From positions 87,142-151,141 of the IMG/VR virus record IMGVR_UViG_3300033153_009458: a stretch of DNA of 64,000 nt, one strand, 5' to 3'. Within the stretch, counting starts at the first letter, position 1. Each line of letters starts with the position of its first letter. This document shows positions 18,855-29,038 of the stretch, piece by piece. The stretch is from a virus. The translations under genes and the position numbers were made by a program. A model generated the notes under the pieces. That model did not search any database. It was not told where the DNA came from and saw only the letters and a program-made list of their open reading frames with translations.

Positions 18855-19529
18855 TTACTCATTATCACGTCGATTTTTCCACGTAGTATTCAAAATCTTT
18901 TCGAATACATCCAGTAAAACCTCGTCTTTTGTCCGGCCTTTAAAATTGGCCAAATCGTCTTGTAGTTCTTCTAGTTGTTTTTCAACTAGTAATCCGTTTT
19001 CTAGAACCCATTCTGTTTTTGTTTCCATGATGTTATCAACCATACATCCTGTGGCTGAAGGTTCCCAAACAACATCATTGCATACGTATCGGTAATCGTT
19101 TTGTACAACACCTTCTTTGAGTGTACCAGTACCCCTTGTGGATACTCCAAAAGTGAAACCGTCATCGATCAATCCTCTTAAAACTAGTCCTTTTCCCATT
19201 GATGTTATATTTGCTTCACCTATCACTGTGTGTTTATCCTTCCAGAAAAGTTTTTCAATTTTTATGGCTATATTTTCCATATTAATTTCCATACTTTGTG
19301 GATGATTTAATTCACCAGCGGCTCGATTAGCTTTAATTAAAGCTTGATATTTTTCTACCTGTGGTTCAACCACTTGCCTAGGGTAAACTCTGTTATTTCT
19401 GTTTTTGATATCACACTCGATAAATGGACCTTTAATTTTATACTGTTTGTCTTTACCTTCACCAATAACGGGATTCTCGACAAGTCCGAAATCTATCTCT
19501 TCAATCAACAATTGAGGATCTGATTGCAT
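18855..19529 (-). CDS. 21: Prohead protease (gp21-like)
   Basis: KNRNNRVYP, GELNHP, GVSTRGTG, DVVWEPS. Confidence 0.95.
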   Translation of the reverse strand: MQSDPQLLIEEIDFGLVENPVIGEGKDKQYKIKGPFIECDIKNRNNRVYPRQVVEPQVEKYQALIKANRAAGELNHPQSMEINMENIAIKIEKLFWKDKHTVIGEANITSMGKGLVLRGLIDDGFTFGVSTRGTGTLKEGVVQNDYRYVCNDVVWEPSATGCMVDNIMETKTEWVLENGLLVEKQLEELQDDLANFKGRTKDEVLLDVFEKILNTTWKNRRDNE

Positions 19530-19562
19530 TTTTTACCTATTTAAATTACTTTAAGATTTTCG

Positions 19563-19889
19563 TTATTCTTTATCTTTCTTATCTTTACCGAACAAAGGCT
19601 TTTTATTGTCTTTACCTTTATCTTCATCGTCTTTATCATCACCCGAATCATCACCATCGGCGTCTTTTTCTTCTGGTTTAGCATCACCATCGGCGTCTTT
19701 TTTGTCATCGTCGCCTTCATCGTCTTCTTCCTTGACTTTCTTTTCGGCAAAAAGTTCATCTTCGTAATGCTTAATTTTATCGCCTATTGCATCTTCAAAC
19801 TTTTCTTCCATAGCATTTGCAATAAATTCTTTAAATGATACGTAGTCTTTTTTTGATGCACCTAAAATCATTTGTTTGATCTCATCCAT
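19563..19889 (-). CDS. Acidic prohead core protein (gp67/68-like)
   Basis: Position between gp20 and gp21; D/K-rich tail with duplicated KDADGD. Confidence 0.55.
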   Translation of the reverse strand: MDEIKQMILGASKKDYVSFKEFIANAMEEKFEDAIGDKIKHYEDELFAEKKVKEEDDEGDDDKKDADGDAKPEEKDADGDDSGDDKDDEDKGKDNKKPLFGKDKKDKE

Positions 19890-19901
19890 AACACACTCTT
19901 A

Positions 19902-20084
19902 TTAAGGTTGTTTACTTTTCTCTGTTTTATTTATGTCTAAACGCTTTTTTATGTCTTTTTCAATTTCCAAATAGTGATTCCAAGCTATTTTTTCAATTAA
20001 TTTCGACTTAGCTGATTCTTCAAAAGCCAAATAATCATTCTCTGACAGGATATCTATCAAAGATTTCTTTGATTTTTCATTCAT
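19902..20084 (-). CDS. Small prohead core-like protein
   Basis: Behind a late promoter; N-terminus resembles the next gene (DY.xF.E). Confidence 0.45.
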   Translation of the reverse strand: MNEKSKKSLIDILSENDYLAFEESAKSKLIEKIAWNHYLEIEKDIKKRLDINKTEKSKQP

Positions 20085-20109
20085 AAAAGCGTTTGAATAG
20101 TATTAGTAT

Positions 20110-20117
20110 TATTTATA
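20110..20117 (-). promoter_or_regulatory. T4-type late promoter
   Basis: Intergenic TATAAATA. Confidence 0.7.
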
Positions 20118-20142
20118 AAGGTAGTTCATTTTTTGGTTTTTA

Positions 20143-21687
20143 TTAAAATCCACCTTCTTCTTTCGGTTCAGCGTCTTTTTCTGCTTGAATCTGTACAGAC
20201 ATTTTATTCATTTCTTCTTCGGTGAATCCTAAAATTTCAGATGCAATATATTGTTTACTGATCAGTCCACCCTCTTGATACAGTCGGAATGCAGAATCAG
20301 CAATATTAAATATCCCTTCTAAATTTTGAAGTTTCTTTAATCGTGCATAATCGTTATTATTTTTGAATTTGTATTTGATTAAATCTTCAATATCATTCCA
20401 ATCATTTAGAGCAAATACTTTAGTAATAATCAGTTCTTTTTTAAGTAAATCAGTAAAAAGAACCATGAATCTTTTTCTTAAATTCAAAATAAATTTAAAA
20501 AATTTAATTTCTTCGTTTTCAATTTCTATATTCTGAATATTAAGTGAATTTCCACGAGATTCAGGATCACGTCTTGATACCGGAACGTTTAATGCTCGCC
20601 AAAGTTTTCGCCACATATAATCTAAATCAGCAATTTCTCCAACATCCATACCAGATCCTTCTAATCGTTCAACTTTAGTACCCCGGCCTTCAGAGTTTAC
20701 AGCAAACCACATATCCTCTTGCATAGGAATTGATTTTTTACGATTTTCAACTTCACCGGTTGCTGTATTGTACGTTATCTTATTTCTAAAACGAGTCATT
20801 AGTTGTTTAATGTACTGTTCCGCTTTAGTTTTAGTCATCCGACCAGTGTCAACGTATATTGCGTTTCTTGATGGTGAACGGGTCCACCTATAAATGATTA
20901 AAGATTCTTCAATCATATTTAAATCATTGACAACTTTAGCCGCTTTCTGTAAATTACTAATAGAGAATAATCTGTCTTTTGAATAGATACCTGAATCAAT
21001 ATAAGCGATTTGTTCTGGTATATATTTGACTTTTGCCTTTTGGTAAAGACTAGTGAACGTACTTTGTGTAAAAGCCTGTCCATCCTGTTGGACTAATTGA
21101 GTATCCAGAAAATATCTTTTTTGCTTTGTTTCTGGATCAATTACACCGTAAAATCCTTTTGGTGGTAAGACTTCTAGATTTCTGATTCCTAATTTTGGTT
21201 GTGCGTTGTTGTATATAACTTCGAATGCTAGTGAACCGTCCACATACCAACGTTTGAAAAGATCTTCACCTTTAATTTTGAACTTCATCAGATTGTAAAC
21301 TTTTTCAAAAGCTTCTTCTAATGATTTTTTCAATGTTTCGTTCATTTCGATATCTTCAATATCTAATTCGAACGGTCTATCACCTGTTTCATCAAAAACA
21401 AATACTTCGTTGATAATTTCACCTAATGCATCGTCAACTTCGGGTGAGTACGTTAAATGCCGCCACTGATCAATCAATCGACTTTTTTCGGATACAATAA
21501 GAGCTATATCGAATCCGTACGAAAAGCTTTGATTGAGATTGGATGTTACAATTCCATCTTCGGTTGTAATTTCAGCCGGTGTGCTCGTTGAAAGCTTTTT
21601 ATCATCGTTTGCAAGAATCTTGGCTTCACGCTCAGAGTAAAAAGATTTTTTTAACTCTTCTTTGAGTACATCTACTAATTTAGTCAT
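20143..21687 (-). CDS. 20: Portal protein (gp20-like)
   Basis: PEVDDA..EIINE, FKRWYVDG, IYRWTRSP, MQEDMW, ALNVPVSR. Confidence 0.95.
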   Translation of the reverse strand: MTKLVDVLKEELKKSFYSEREAKILANDDKKLSTSTPAEITTEDGIVTSNLNQSFSYGFDIALIVSEKSRLIDQWRHLTYSPEVDDALGEIINEVFVFDETGDRPFELDIEDIEMNETLKKSLEEAFEKVYNLMKFKIKGEDLFKRWYVDGSLAFEVIYNNAQPKLGIRNLEVLPPKGFYGVIDPETKQKRYFLDTQLVQQDGQAFTQSTFTSLYQKAKVKYIPEQIAYIDSGIYSKDRLFSISNLQKAAKVVNDLNMIEESLIIYRWTRSPSRNAIYVDTGRMTKTKAEQYIKQLMTRFRNKITYNTATGEVENRKKSIPMQEDMWFAVNSEGRGTKVERLEGSGMDVGEIADLDYMWRKLWRALNVPVSRRDPESRGNSLNIQNIEIENEEIKFFKFILNLRKRFMVLFTDLLKKELIITKVFALNDWNDIEDLIKYKFKNNNDYARLKKLQNLEGIFNIADSAFRLYQEGGLISKQYIASEILGFTEEEMNKMSVQIQAEKDAEPKEEGGF

Positions 21688-21704
21688 AAGTTGCCATTTT
21701 TAAT

Positions 21705-21712
21705 TATTTATA
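21705..21712 (-). promoter_or_regulatory. T4-type late promoter
   Basis: Intergenic TATAAATA upstream of portal. Confidence 0.7.
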
Positions 21713-21723
21713 CTTTCGTTTAA

Positions 21724-22134
21724 TTACGTACCCGGTCCACCCTTAACTTTCGCAGCTCGCCACTTGATTGCAAGTGTGTATGAACTTATATCTTGTCTTG
21801 ATATTAGTTTGGCTGATGAAAATCTTTTCTTGATATATTGTCGAATCATGCGGTCAGCCAATTTTTTCGCATGTCCCATTTGTTGAATGAGTTTCCAAGT
21901 CCACCGAACAAAGATTCTTGGATTTTTTATTCGTTTTGATGCTCGGTCTAGATACCCAACAAATCGAACTCTATCTTTTAGTGGTATCCAGTGTAAATTT
22001 AGAGCGAAAAGATGGCGGTTAGTCACACTTAAAACATATATTAAAGGTTTTTTATCCCAAATTGGAAGAATTTCTTTATATTTAGCTGAATATCGTCCAT
22101 AATATACATAACCTCTTTCAAAATTAATTGTCAT
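21724..22134 (-). CDS. 2: DNA end protector (gp2-like)
   Basis: Y.AKYKEILP.WD..PL, LNLHWIP..R motifs. Confidence 0.75.
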   Translation of the reverse strand: MTINFERGYVYYGRYSAKYKEILPIWDKKPLIYVLSVTNRHLFALNLHWIPLKDRVRFVGYLDRASKRIKNPRIFVRWTWKLIQQMGHAKKLADRMIRQYIKKRFSSAKLISRQDISSYTLAIKWRAAKVKGGPGT

Positions 22135-22606
22135 TTAGTCTCTTAAATTTATATTTTTTTCTAACATAGTAATTTCGTTGTATCGATTCTGGTATTGTTG
22201 AATACCTTACTCCAATATATTTAGAAGCATCAAACATTGTATCAAATTTCATTAAAAGAATTCCTTTTCGATCATACATAGCAACTGGTGTACATAAATT
22301 TCTTTTTTTTCTTGTTTCTTTAATTTTTTGTTTTGATTCTATTGTATGATTCTTATTATACATTGGATGATTTTCTTTATTTCTAAATCTTTTTTTAGCT
22401 GATAATTGGGCATTAAGCCTTACAATTTCTTCTTTACCTATTAATCCAGTTAATCCTTGCCAAGCAAATTTATCTTGATATCTTCCATATTCTTCGTACA
22501 TAAATTTATGAACAGCTGCATGGCCGGGTATTGTAAGTTTAACTAAATTAGATTCATCATCAGACCCGCCTAATGATTTTGGAATAATGTGATGTTTGTG
22601 TTTCAT
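22124..22606 (-). CDS. HNH homing endonuclease with NUMOD-type C-terminus
   Basis: HHIIPKSLGGSDDESNL..LT..GHAAVH; HPMY.KNHT.ESK.KI; C-terminal HTH-like FDTMFDASKYIG. Confidence 0.85.
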   Translation of the reverse strand: MKHKHHIIPKSLGGSDDESNLVKLTIPGHAAVHKFMYEEYGRYQDKFAWQGLTGLIGKEEIVRLNAQLSAKKRFRNKENHPMYNKNHTIESKQKIKETRKKRNLCTPVAMYDRKGILLMKFDTMFDASKYIGVRYSTIPESIQRNYYVRKKYKFKRLNDN

Positions 22607-22614
22607 AATTTATA

Positions 22615-25600
22615 TTAACCTACGTATTTTTGAATCAACATTTGTAATTGACTTAATTTTCCTTCTGGATCTGTATGTAAAAATTCGTATAGATTAGTGA
22701 TATCGATCACATCATTCAAGTCTGAATCGTTGTGAAACATCAGAACTGGTCCCTTTTGTGAATATTCGATATGCACGTTTGGTACGTTCTCTAATTTTTT
22801 GTTGAACTCTTCAAATTCGATTAACTCTCCTTTGTACGGTATTTGACCCGCCCGGAATACAAACGATATACAATCTATATTTTCTTCTTTTCTTTTTTCC
22901 ATTAGATAATCACTGAATGAAGCTAATCGATTATGGTATTCTTGTTGCGCTACATTAACACCATGCTTTTTAGCTAATTTTAACATTTCTGTCTTTTTGG
23001 TTAATCTAACTTTATGTACTTTTTTAATATCTAGTTGTGCTCTAGGATCAAATACAACCCATTCAGGTGAACGAATGCTATCTTTACCAGTTCCAGCCTC
23101 TTTAGAATCTCTACCTTTCTCACCAAGATAAGCTTCCATCTCAAAAATGTATCCTATATTTCCTTGTCTTCTAGTGCCAGCACTCGCAAATGATCCAGTT
23201 CCTCTTAGATATTGTGCGCACTTGTCAAGTATATTTGAAAAATAAATACCATTTCCCATCATTCGACCATTAACATTCATAATAGCACGATCTACAATAG
23301 CGAATCCGAACCTCAAAATGAATGAAGCGGCTACTGGATCTGTACCATGAAAAGCTGGTACAATTGTCGGTGTTGGATACTGAGCTTTAAATATTTCGTG
23401 CTCTTTGTGTTTAAAAGTCACATTAAAAGAATCTATAATTTCAACACCTACGTTTCCATGTGTAAATTTAGGTGAATAGTGAACAGAAAGATTGGCAGTA
23501 GCTTGTTCTTTTTCGAGATCTGTCATGACAATTTCTTCAGCTTGCAAAGGTGGAATAGTATCGTCTCCATGAACTTCTTTTAATTTGGCAACAAATCTTT
23601 TTACAAATTCTTTTGTTGTTTCATCTTTCTTTAATCGCATTCGTGTTTCTTTAGTATTCGATACCTGAAAATTATTAATTGATAAAATTTGTTTCAATTT
23701 TTCAGGTTTCATTCTCTCTAACGGTGCAATTTTCGAATCATATAAACTTGTTTTTGATAACACTTCAGTAAAAAAAGCTTCATCGATCATCTTCTTTCTT
23801 TTTTCGTAGTAGTAATTCGCATTCATCGGTCGAATTGTATCTAATTGATCTGAAAATGCATCTTCATCATCTAAGTACAATTTATCCAGATATTTACTAT
23901 AATATATACTTTCTTTGAAAAAATACGTATCTAATTTAGATATATGTTTTGCTATCTCTTTGTGTATTTCTTTAAAAAATTCAGAATAATCTCTTGTTTT
24001 TTTCTTTTTTTCATCTCGGCGTTTTTTCTGATCATTAATTTGTAAGAATAATTTTGTTAATGTGTTTACTTGTGCCGAATCAAATCGTTCTGTTTTGATT
24101 TCTGATATCCAATCTGCTTGAAATAATTTAAATTCGTGATCGCTTAATTTTTCTAAAAAAGCAAGTGTAGTATCTTTTATTCCATTTACTCTCATACTGT
24201 TAATAAATAATTCTCTTCCTTTATATAAAGTATAATTTTTTACTTGGATGAAATTTTTCTCATCAATTTGACCTTTATCTAAAAAATCTGTTACGGTTGA
24301 ACTTTCATCTTGAGTTAACCATATAGAAGCATTGTGTATGTTTTCAGGCTTGTCAGTGAGAAGATCACTAATTTGATCATTAAAATGTTCTGAAAAATAT
24401 CCACTTAATATTGCAACTTCATCTCTTGATAAATTTTGAAATGTATCACTTTTATCAAAATCAACTGATTCTTGATTTGCTCGTATACTGTATAAATCTG
24501 CCCATGCATAAAAACTATCTTTGTCAATATCAAGATACCAATATTTCATTCCACCACCATATCGACTTGGTTTTGATTTTAGTAAGCGGCTCATTCTTTC
24601 AACAATAGGAATTATACCCCTTAATATATTTAGAAAGTCGCTAAATCTCCATGACGGTGTTCTCGAAGTTGCTTCATAATTTAAAATTCTTTGAAAATAC
24701 GATTCTGGGTATTGGCGCATTTGTTCAGCTATTAAATTTTTTAAAGCTGTTTTTCCTTCTGGTTCAAATGGAGAATAGAAAAAATCATCTAGAAAATTAT
24801 TACCAGATAATTGTAAATACAGATTTAAAAATTTTAGTCCGTAGACTTCATATAACCACTTAATAATTGGTATTTCTTTATTATAAAGCCGACTTACATT
24901 TAGTCTTTTTTCGTCTTCTTCGCTGATATCTTCTAGGTGATTCGTTATATTGAAAAAATTAAGTACATTTATATTTCCATTACCGTCTTTATCAACCCCG
25001 TACATAGTAAAAGGTATTCCTTGACCTTTTAGAATATCTAATTGACCAGCTTTTTTATAAAAATGGTATACATCACCACCGTTATCAATTATTGTTTGGT
25101 ATCCTTTAATAGTTGTAACATCAAGCAAATTGATATTTGCAAAATACGCCTGATCTTGCATAACTTCTCTTAAATATCTGAAGTATAATTGGTCTGGTTT
25201 GACATCATCATCAGTGATTCCCATGTGCAATAATTTTAGGGTTTCTTCTACTCTTACACGATGTACGGCATAAGCATTACTGGCACCCATTTTAACAACT
25301 TTATCAATAAAACTCGGCATTGCCTTTTTTACAGCATTTACTTCATCAGGAAAATTTATTGAACTTGATTCGCTCATATAATTGAAAATGAACCACGATA
25401 ATAATTCTCTATCACTTAAACCCCATACTCGGTTAAGATCAACTAAATTTAATACTTGACCTATTTTAACGTATTGATGATGGTCATCAATAAAGACTTT
25501 CATCATCATTGGTTTATCTGCTCTTAAAATACGTTGAATAGCTTCAAGATTTTGCATATAATATAAATTGTCCATTATTTCCGATAACATGACAGTAGTA

Positions 25601-26769
25601 TTATTTTTTTTAGCGGCTGTCATATTGTACGTTGAATTTTTAGACCAAAACTCCATAAAAGTATTTTTGTTCCATTTGAAATATTCTATTAAAAAATTAT
25701 CAAACAATGGAGACGGTTTGAAAAATTTCATAATATTATCCATTACGTACGGTGTAAAAACATCTGTTTCCTGAATAGCTTTCATGAATACACTTGTTCT
25801 TGTTACCGTTGTATTTCCTTTATCATCTTTATTTCTTGTTTTTACATCAACATTTTGGTGCTTCATGATATCACGTCGAATTAAAGTATAATTCGATTCT
25901 TTTTTAATATCTGTTACACTATGATATTTTATATTACTAACAAAATCTTTAATTTCTTGGTACGGTTTATCTTTGAATTTTCTAAAAAATACAGCATACC
26001 ATGTATCACCTAACCAATTATCCGAAAAATCGTAATCTTCGATCATTTGTTGTTCATCGGACTTTGAGTCTTGTTTTGGTGGTACATTAGCCGGATCATC
26101 TTGTACCTGAACTGTCGGTGATATTATGATTACTGGATCAACTATGGTATCGGGTACTAAAGGGGCATTAGGGGCATCAACTATAGTTGGTGATTGATGA
26201 GCTTTGTCAACTTCGTCTTTATCATCAATATCAAGCCCCGGAAAACCGAGTCTTCGAACCATCTTGATAAAATCGTTGTTAATTTTGTGCTTCCTAGAAT
26301 ACGCAAAAAAGAACTTCATCAATTCATTCAGAGTAAGATCCGCCCGCATAAAACTGAACAAATGCACTCGAAGAATACCGTCTATTTGAATCATCCTGTA
26401 CTTGATTTGATCTAGCATCTTTCTAATCTGGATTTCATCTATTGATATAATTTTATCCTTTTTAATCAGTGCTAAAAATCTAGTAATCTTATTAATCCCG
26501 GCTATCGGTGCAAGCTTATTATCTACAAGAAATTTGATAGTCCACATCAAATCATTGCTTGTATCTGTTATAGCTTTTGGAACGAGTTTTTCACGTTTAA
26601 TGTATTGCTTAACGTAATTATTGTCTGGATGTTCTTTGAACATAGCAATGTATCCAAGAAAATTAATGAAAAAAGAAGTCGCAATAACTGTATCTTTTTT
26701 CAGTTTGTCCTTGATAGGATCGATAAAATTTTCTCTTCCTTCAGCAATATACGTCTTAAACGATTCCAT
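22615..26769 (-). CDS. 1384-aa virion-cargo candidate with C-terminal PARP-like (H-Y-E) ADP-ribosyltransferase domain
   Basis: Leader MESFKTYIAE; AFHGT, GRMMGNGIYFS, KCAQY, SPEWVVFD. Confidence 0.75.
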   Translation of the reverse strand: MESFKTYIAEGRENFIDPIKDKLKKDTVIATSFFINFLGYIAMFKEHPDNNYVKQYIKREKLVPKAITDTSNDLMWTIKFLVDNKLAPIAGINKITRFLALIKKDKIISIDEIQIRKMLDQIKYRMIQIDGILRVHLFSFMRADLTLNELMKFFFAYSRKHKINNDFIKMVRRLGFPGLDIDDKDEVDKAHQSPTIVDAPNAPLVPDTIVDPVIIISPTVQVQDDPANVPPKQDSKSDEQQMIEDYDFSDNWLGDTWYAVFFRKFKDKPYQEIKDFVSNIKYHSVTDIKKESNYTLIRRDIMKHQNVDVKTRNKDDKGNTTVTRTSVFMKAIQETDVFTPYVMDNIMKFFKPSPLFDNFLIEYFKWNKNTFMEFWSKNSTYNMTAAKKNNTTVMLSEIMDNLYYMQNLEAIQRILRADKPMMMKVFIDDHHQYVKIGQVLNLVDLNRVWGLSDRELLSWFIFNYMSESSSINFPDEVNAVKKAMPSFIDKVVKMGASNAYAVHRVRVEETLKLLHMGITDDDVKPDQLYFRYLREVMQDQAYFANINLLDVTTIKGYQTIIDNGGDVYHFYKKAGQLDILKGQGIPFTMYGVDKDGNGNINVLNFFNITNHLEDISEEDEKRLNVSRLYNKEIPIIKWLYEVYGLKFLNLYLQLSGNNFLDDFFYSPFEPEGKTALKNLIAEQMRQYPESYFQRILNYEATSRTPSWRFSDFLNILRGIIPIVERMSRLLKSKPSRYGGGMKYWYLDIDKDSFYAWADLYSIRANQESVDFDKSDTFQNLSRDEVAILSGYFSEHFNDQISDLLTDKPENIHNASIWLTQDESSTVTDFLDKGQIDEKNFIQVKNYTLYKGRELFINSMRVNGIKDTTLAFLEKLSDHEFKLFQADWISEIKTERFDSAQVNTLTKLFLQINDQKKRRDEKKKKTRDYSEFFKEIHKEIAKHISKLDTYFFKESIYYSKYLDKLYLDDEDAFSDQLDTIRPMNANYYYEKRKKMIDEAFFTEVLSKTSLYDSKIAPLERMKPEKLKQILSINNFQVSNTKETRMRLKKDETTKEFVKRFVAKLKEVHGDDTIPPLQAEEIVMTDLEKEQATANLSVHYSPKFTHGNVGVEIIDSFNVTFKHKEHEIFKAQYPTPTIVPAFHGTDPVAASFILRFGFAIVDRAIMNVNGRMMGNGIYFSNILDKCAQYLRGTGSFASAGTRRQGNIGYIFEMEAYLGEKGRDSKEAGTGKDSIRSPEWVVFDPRAQLDIKKVHKVRLTKKTEMLKLAKKHGVNVAQQEYHNRLASFSDYLMEKRKEENIDCISFVFRAGQIPYKGELIEFEEFNKKLENVPNVHIEYSQKGPVLMFHNDSDLNDVIDITNLYEFLHTDPEGKLSQLQMLIQKYVG

Positions 26770-27313
26770 GTACTTTTTTACCTAGCTCTATTTTTTTGTG
26801 AATTTCTTTTATTATTTTTTTGTGTATTGGATTTAACGATCTTTTCATTAATCTAAAAATTTCAAGTGTTTCATCTGTGTATTTTTGAACCCATTTTTTA
26901 GGCGCACGAGCAAAATCACTTACATTGTCAAGTCGATCAGCCAATTTGATGAGTAATTCTTCATCGGACATTTTATTCATTTTGTGCGCGTAGTATTCCG
27001 GCTTGCCGTATTTCTTTTCCGCTTTAGTATTCTTAGTTAAAGTTTGAACCAAGTCGGCTACACGTTTACCGAAAGTTGCTTCTATCTCTTCGTAAGTTGC
27101 CGGTGTATCTTCAATTGTATCGTGTAACTGAGCGGCTGATATTATATCTTTGTCGGCTGTGAATTTCGCAACCATTTTGGCTACTCGATTCGGGTGTGAT
27201 ATAAACGGCTCAAAAGTAAATCTTCGATTCTGTCCACTATGCCTGAATTGAGCAACACTAGCTGCGTGATCTGGTGTCGTCATTTCTTTTACTATTTGTT
27301 TAAATGTTCTCAT
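26756..27313 (-). CDS. Stand-alone RelA/SpoT HD-domain hydrolase (SAH/Mesh1-like) with CTS-like leader
   Basis: PFISHP..VA, AAQLHDTIEDT, FG..VA.LV..LT, IKLADRLDN; leader MRTFKQIVKE. Confidence 0.85.
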   Translation of the reverse strand: MRTFKQIVKEMTTPDHAASVAQFRHSGQNRRFTFEPFISHPNRVAKMVAKFTADKDIISAAQLHDTIEDTPATYEEIEATFGKRVADLVQTLTKNTKAEKKYGKPEYYAHKMNKMSDEELLIKLADRLDNVSDFARAPKKWVQKYTDETLEIFRLMKRSLNPIHKKIIKEIHKKIELGKKVHGIV

Positions 27314-27642
27314 GTTGCATTTATAGCTGTTTTTACCATGTCCTTAAAGCTGAAATTCGTTAGATTTTTTGCTTTGGTTTTATTCCTATTTACTATATCT
27401 TGATATTCTGGTGACTTAACGATCTTGATTATATCTTTGTAATCCCTTGATCCTTTTTGTACTTCTTGCTTTTTGTTTTTCATCCATTGGTAAAACTTCA
27501 CAACTATATCGTCGAGTCCTTTTTTATGAAGACACGCAATAAACTTACTTGAGTCACCTTTTGCGTTTACTTTACACGCTTGCATATCTGTTTTTGCGTC
27601 TTCTTCGAGCAAGCTATTTTCAAACTCTTCTATAAAATTCAT
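27310..27642 (-). CDS. Putative internal head protein
   Basis: Leader MNFIEEFENSLLEE. Confidence 0.5.
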   Translation of the reverse strand: MNFIEEFENSLLEEDAKTDMQACKVNAKGDSSKFIACLHKKGLDDIVVKFYQWMKNKKQEVQKGSRDYKDIIKIVKSPEYQDIVNRNKTKAKNLTNFSFKDMVKTAINAT

Positions 27643-27644
27643 AT

Positions 27645-27845
27645 TTAACCTTTTGGTAAATCTGTTTTCATTTTCTTTAGAAGTTTTATTAAATCATCTA
27701 TTTGTTTTTGTACTACAAACTCTATTGTATTATTACCTTGTTTAATAAATAATTCATCAGCTTCACCTATTCCAATTTTTGTTAATGGTGAAACTCCTGA
27801 TAAAACGACATTTTTGGTTTCTAACATATCTTTAAAAGTTTTCAT
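27645..27845 (-). CDS. Putative internal head protein
   Basis: Leader MKTFKDMLE. Confidence 0.55.
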   Translation of the reverse strand: MKTFKDMLETKNVVLSGVSPLTKIGIGEADELFIKQGNNTIEFVVQKQIDDLIKLLKKMKTDLPKG

Positions 27846-28234
27846 ATTGTAAATTTCCTGTCAGCTGTTTTAAAATTTTTCTTTCGCATAACCGTCTTAC
27901 CTACTAAATCGAACATCTTTGATCGCCTGTTGTATTCAAAAACAAACGGCATGTTTAAATCAGTCATCATATCATTAATAACCGCTTGTGTTTTGTGTGA
28001 TAATTTAGCTATTTCTTTACCATATTTTCTGTACGATTCCTTAAATAATCGCATCAATTCAGCAACGGTAATAAGTTGTCTTTCATTTCGTTTATCATTA
28101 ACCCGCTTTAAAAAATGACCAGTAAAAGCAACATCAATTCCTAAAGTTTGAAAGAGCTTATCAGCGTATTTTTCAATACCTTTTAACTCTTGTTGCGATA
28201 CTTCTTCATTTAAAAATTGCTTGAAAGTTTTCAT
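27842..28234 (-). CDS. Putative internal head protein
   Basis: Leader MKTFKQFLNEE; body FTGHFLKRVND...KTVMRK. Confidence 0.6.
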   Translation of the reverse strand: MKTFKQFLNEEVSQQELKGIEKYADKLFQTLGIDVAFTGHFLKRVNDKRNERQLITVAELMRLFKESYRKYGKEIAKLSHKTQAVINDMMTDLNMPFVFEYNRRSKMFDLVGKTVMRKKNFKTADRKFTI

Positions 28235-28470
28235 ATATTTTTCAAATTTACTGATAAAATTTTTGACTGAGTTAAAAAACCTGTATCGATTGCAAAACGG
28301 ATCATATCTTCATCATTGTCTTCAAAAATATCTAAACAAATACGATGTGCAAAATAATGTCCATCTAAATTACCAAGATTATTAGTATTCCAACCAAAAT
28401 ATGCTTGATGGGTATCTGTAAATTTTTTACCACACCAACGGCACCTTGATTCTTTTCCTTCGTCTATCAT
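28231..28470 (-). CDS. Small zinc-binding hypothetical protein
   Basis: CRWC...HRIC. Confidence 0.5.
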   Translation of the reverse strand: MIDEGKESRCRWCGKKFTDTHQAYFGWNTNNLGNLDGHYFAHRICLDIFEDNDEDMIRFAIDTGFLTQSKILSVNLKNI

Positions 28471-28859
28471 TCTTTAAGAAACCGTATTTGACTTTTAAGA
28501 TCTTTTACTGAATTATTAACGTACCGCTTACTCGCCTTTTTTTCTTGTAATTCTTTTATTTTTAGGTTTATACGCTTTTCCATAGCTTCTATATTTCTAT
28601 CAAATTCTTCAATATCTTTTTCAAGATCACTTACATCTATTTTTCCTGAATTTTGTATATCTGTGATATCTTTAGAATTACCTTGAATCTGAAGTTGATA
28701 AAATACGGCTGTCGAAACAAAAAAAGCTACTACAATAATAATTTTAAGTACTGTAGGCATATCGAATTCTAATTCAGTAACATCTACTCGACCATCGCCT
28801 TTACGTTTGTCTTCTCCTTCGAACTTTTCTTTTTTTATCCGTTTTTCTTTTTTTACCAT
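28467..28859 (-). CDS. Single-pass membrane protein with coiled coil
   Basis: Hydrophobic VLKIIIVVAFFVSTAVFY followed by a heptad-like tail. Confidence 0.6.
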   Translation of the reverse strand: MVKKEKRIKKEKFEGEDKRKGDGRVDVTELEFDMPTVLKIIIVVAFFVSTAVFYQLQIQGNSKDITDIQNSGKIDVSDLEKDIEEFDRNIEAMEKRINLKIKELQEKKASKRYVNNSVKDLKSQIRFLKE

Positions 28860-28870
28860 TTGATTTCCCC

Positions 28871-29038
28871 CTACTTAAATCTATTGTGCATCCAATATTC
28901 GTATTCAATGTATTCGTTCAGTTCTTTGGGTGTCCATCCGTTTTTAATCATTAAATACAATATATGTCCTAACGATAGTGATATATACAAACAATACAAA
29001 CCGCCGATATAAAGAAGCGCACTTATAATAAAACTCAT
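28871..29038 (-). CDS. 55-aa membrane protein (not in ORF track)
   Basis: MSFIISALLYIGGLYCLYISLSLGHILYLMIKNG...; ATGA overlap with the upstream gene. Confidence 0.55.
   Translation of the reverse strand: MSFIISALLYIGGLYCLYISLSLGHILYLMIKNGWTPKELNEYIEYEYWMHNRFK

Noticed and set aside
19541-19759. Alternative-frame ORF with repeated KKTPMVM
   Set aside because: It is a frame-shifted reading of the KDADGD repeat in the acidic core protein.
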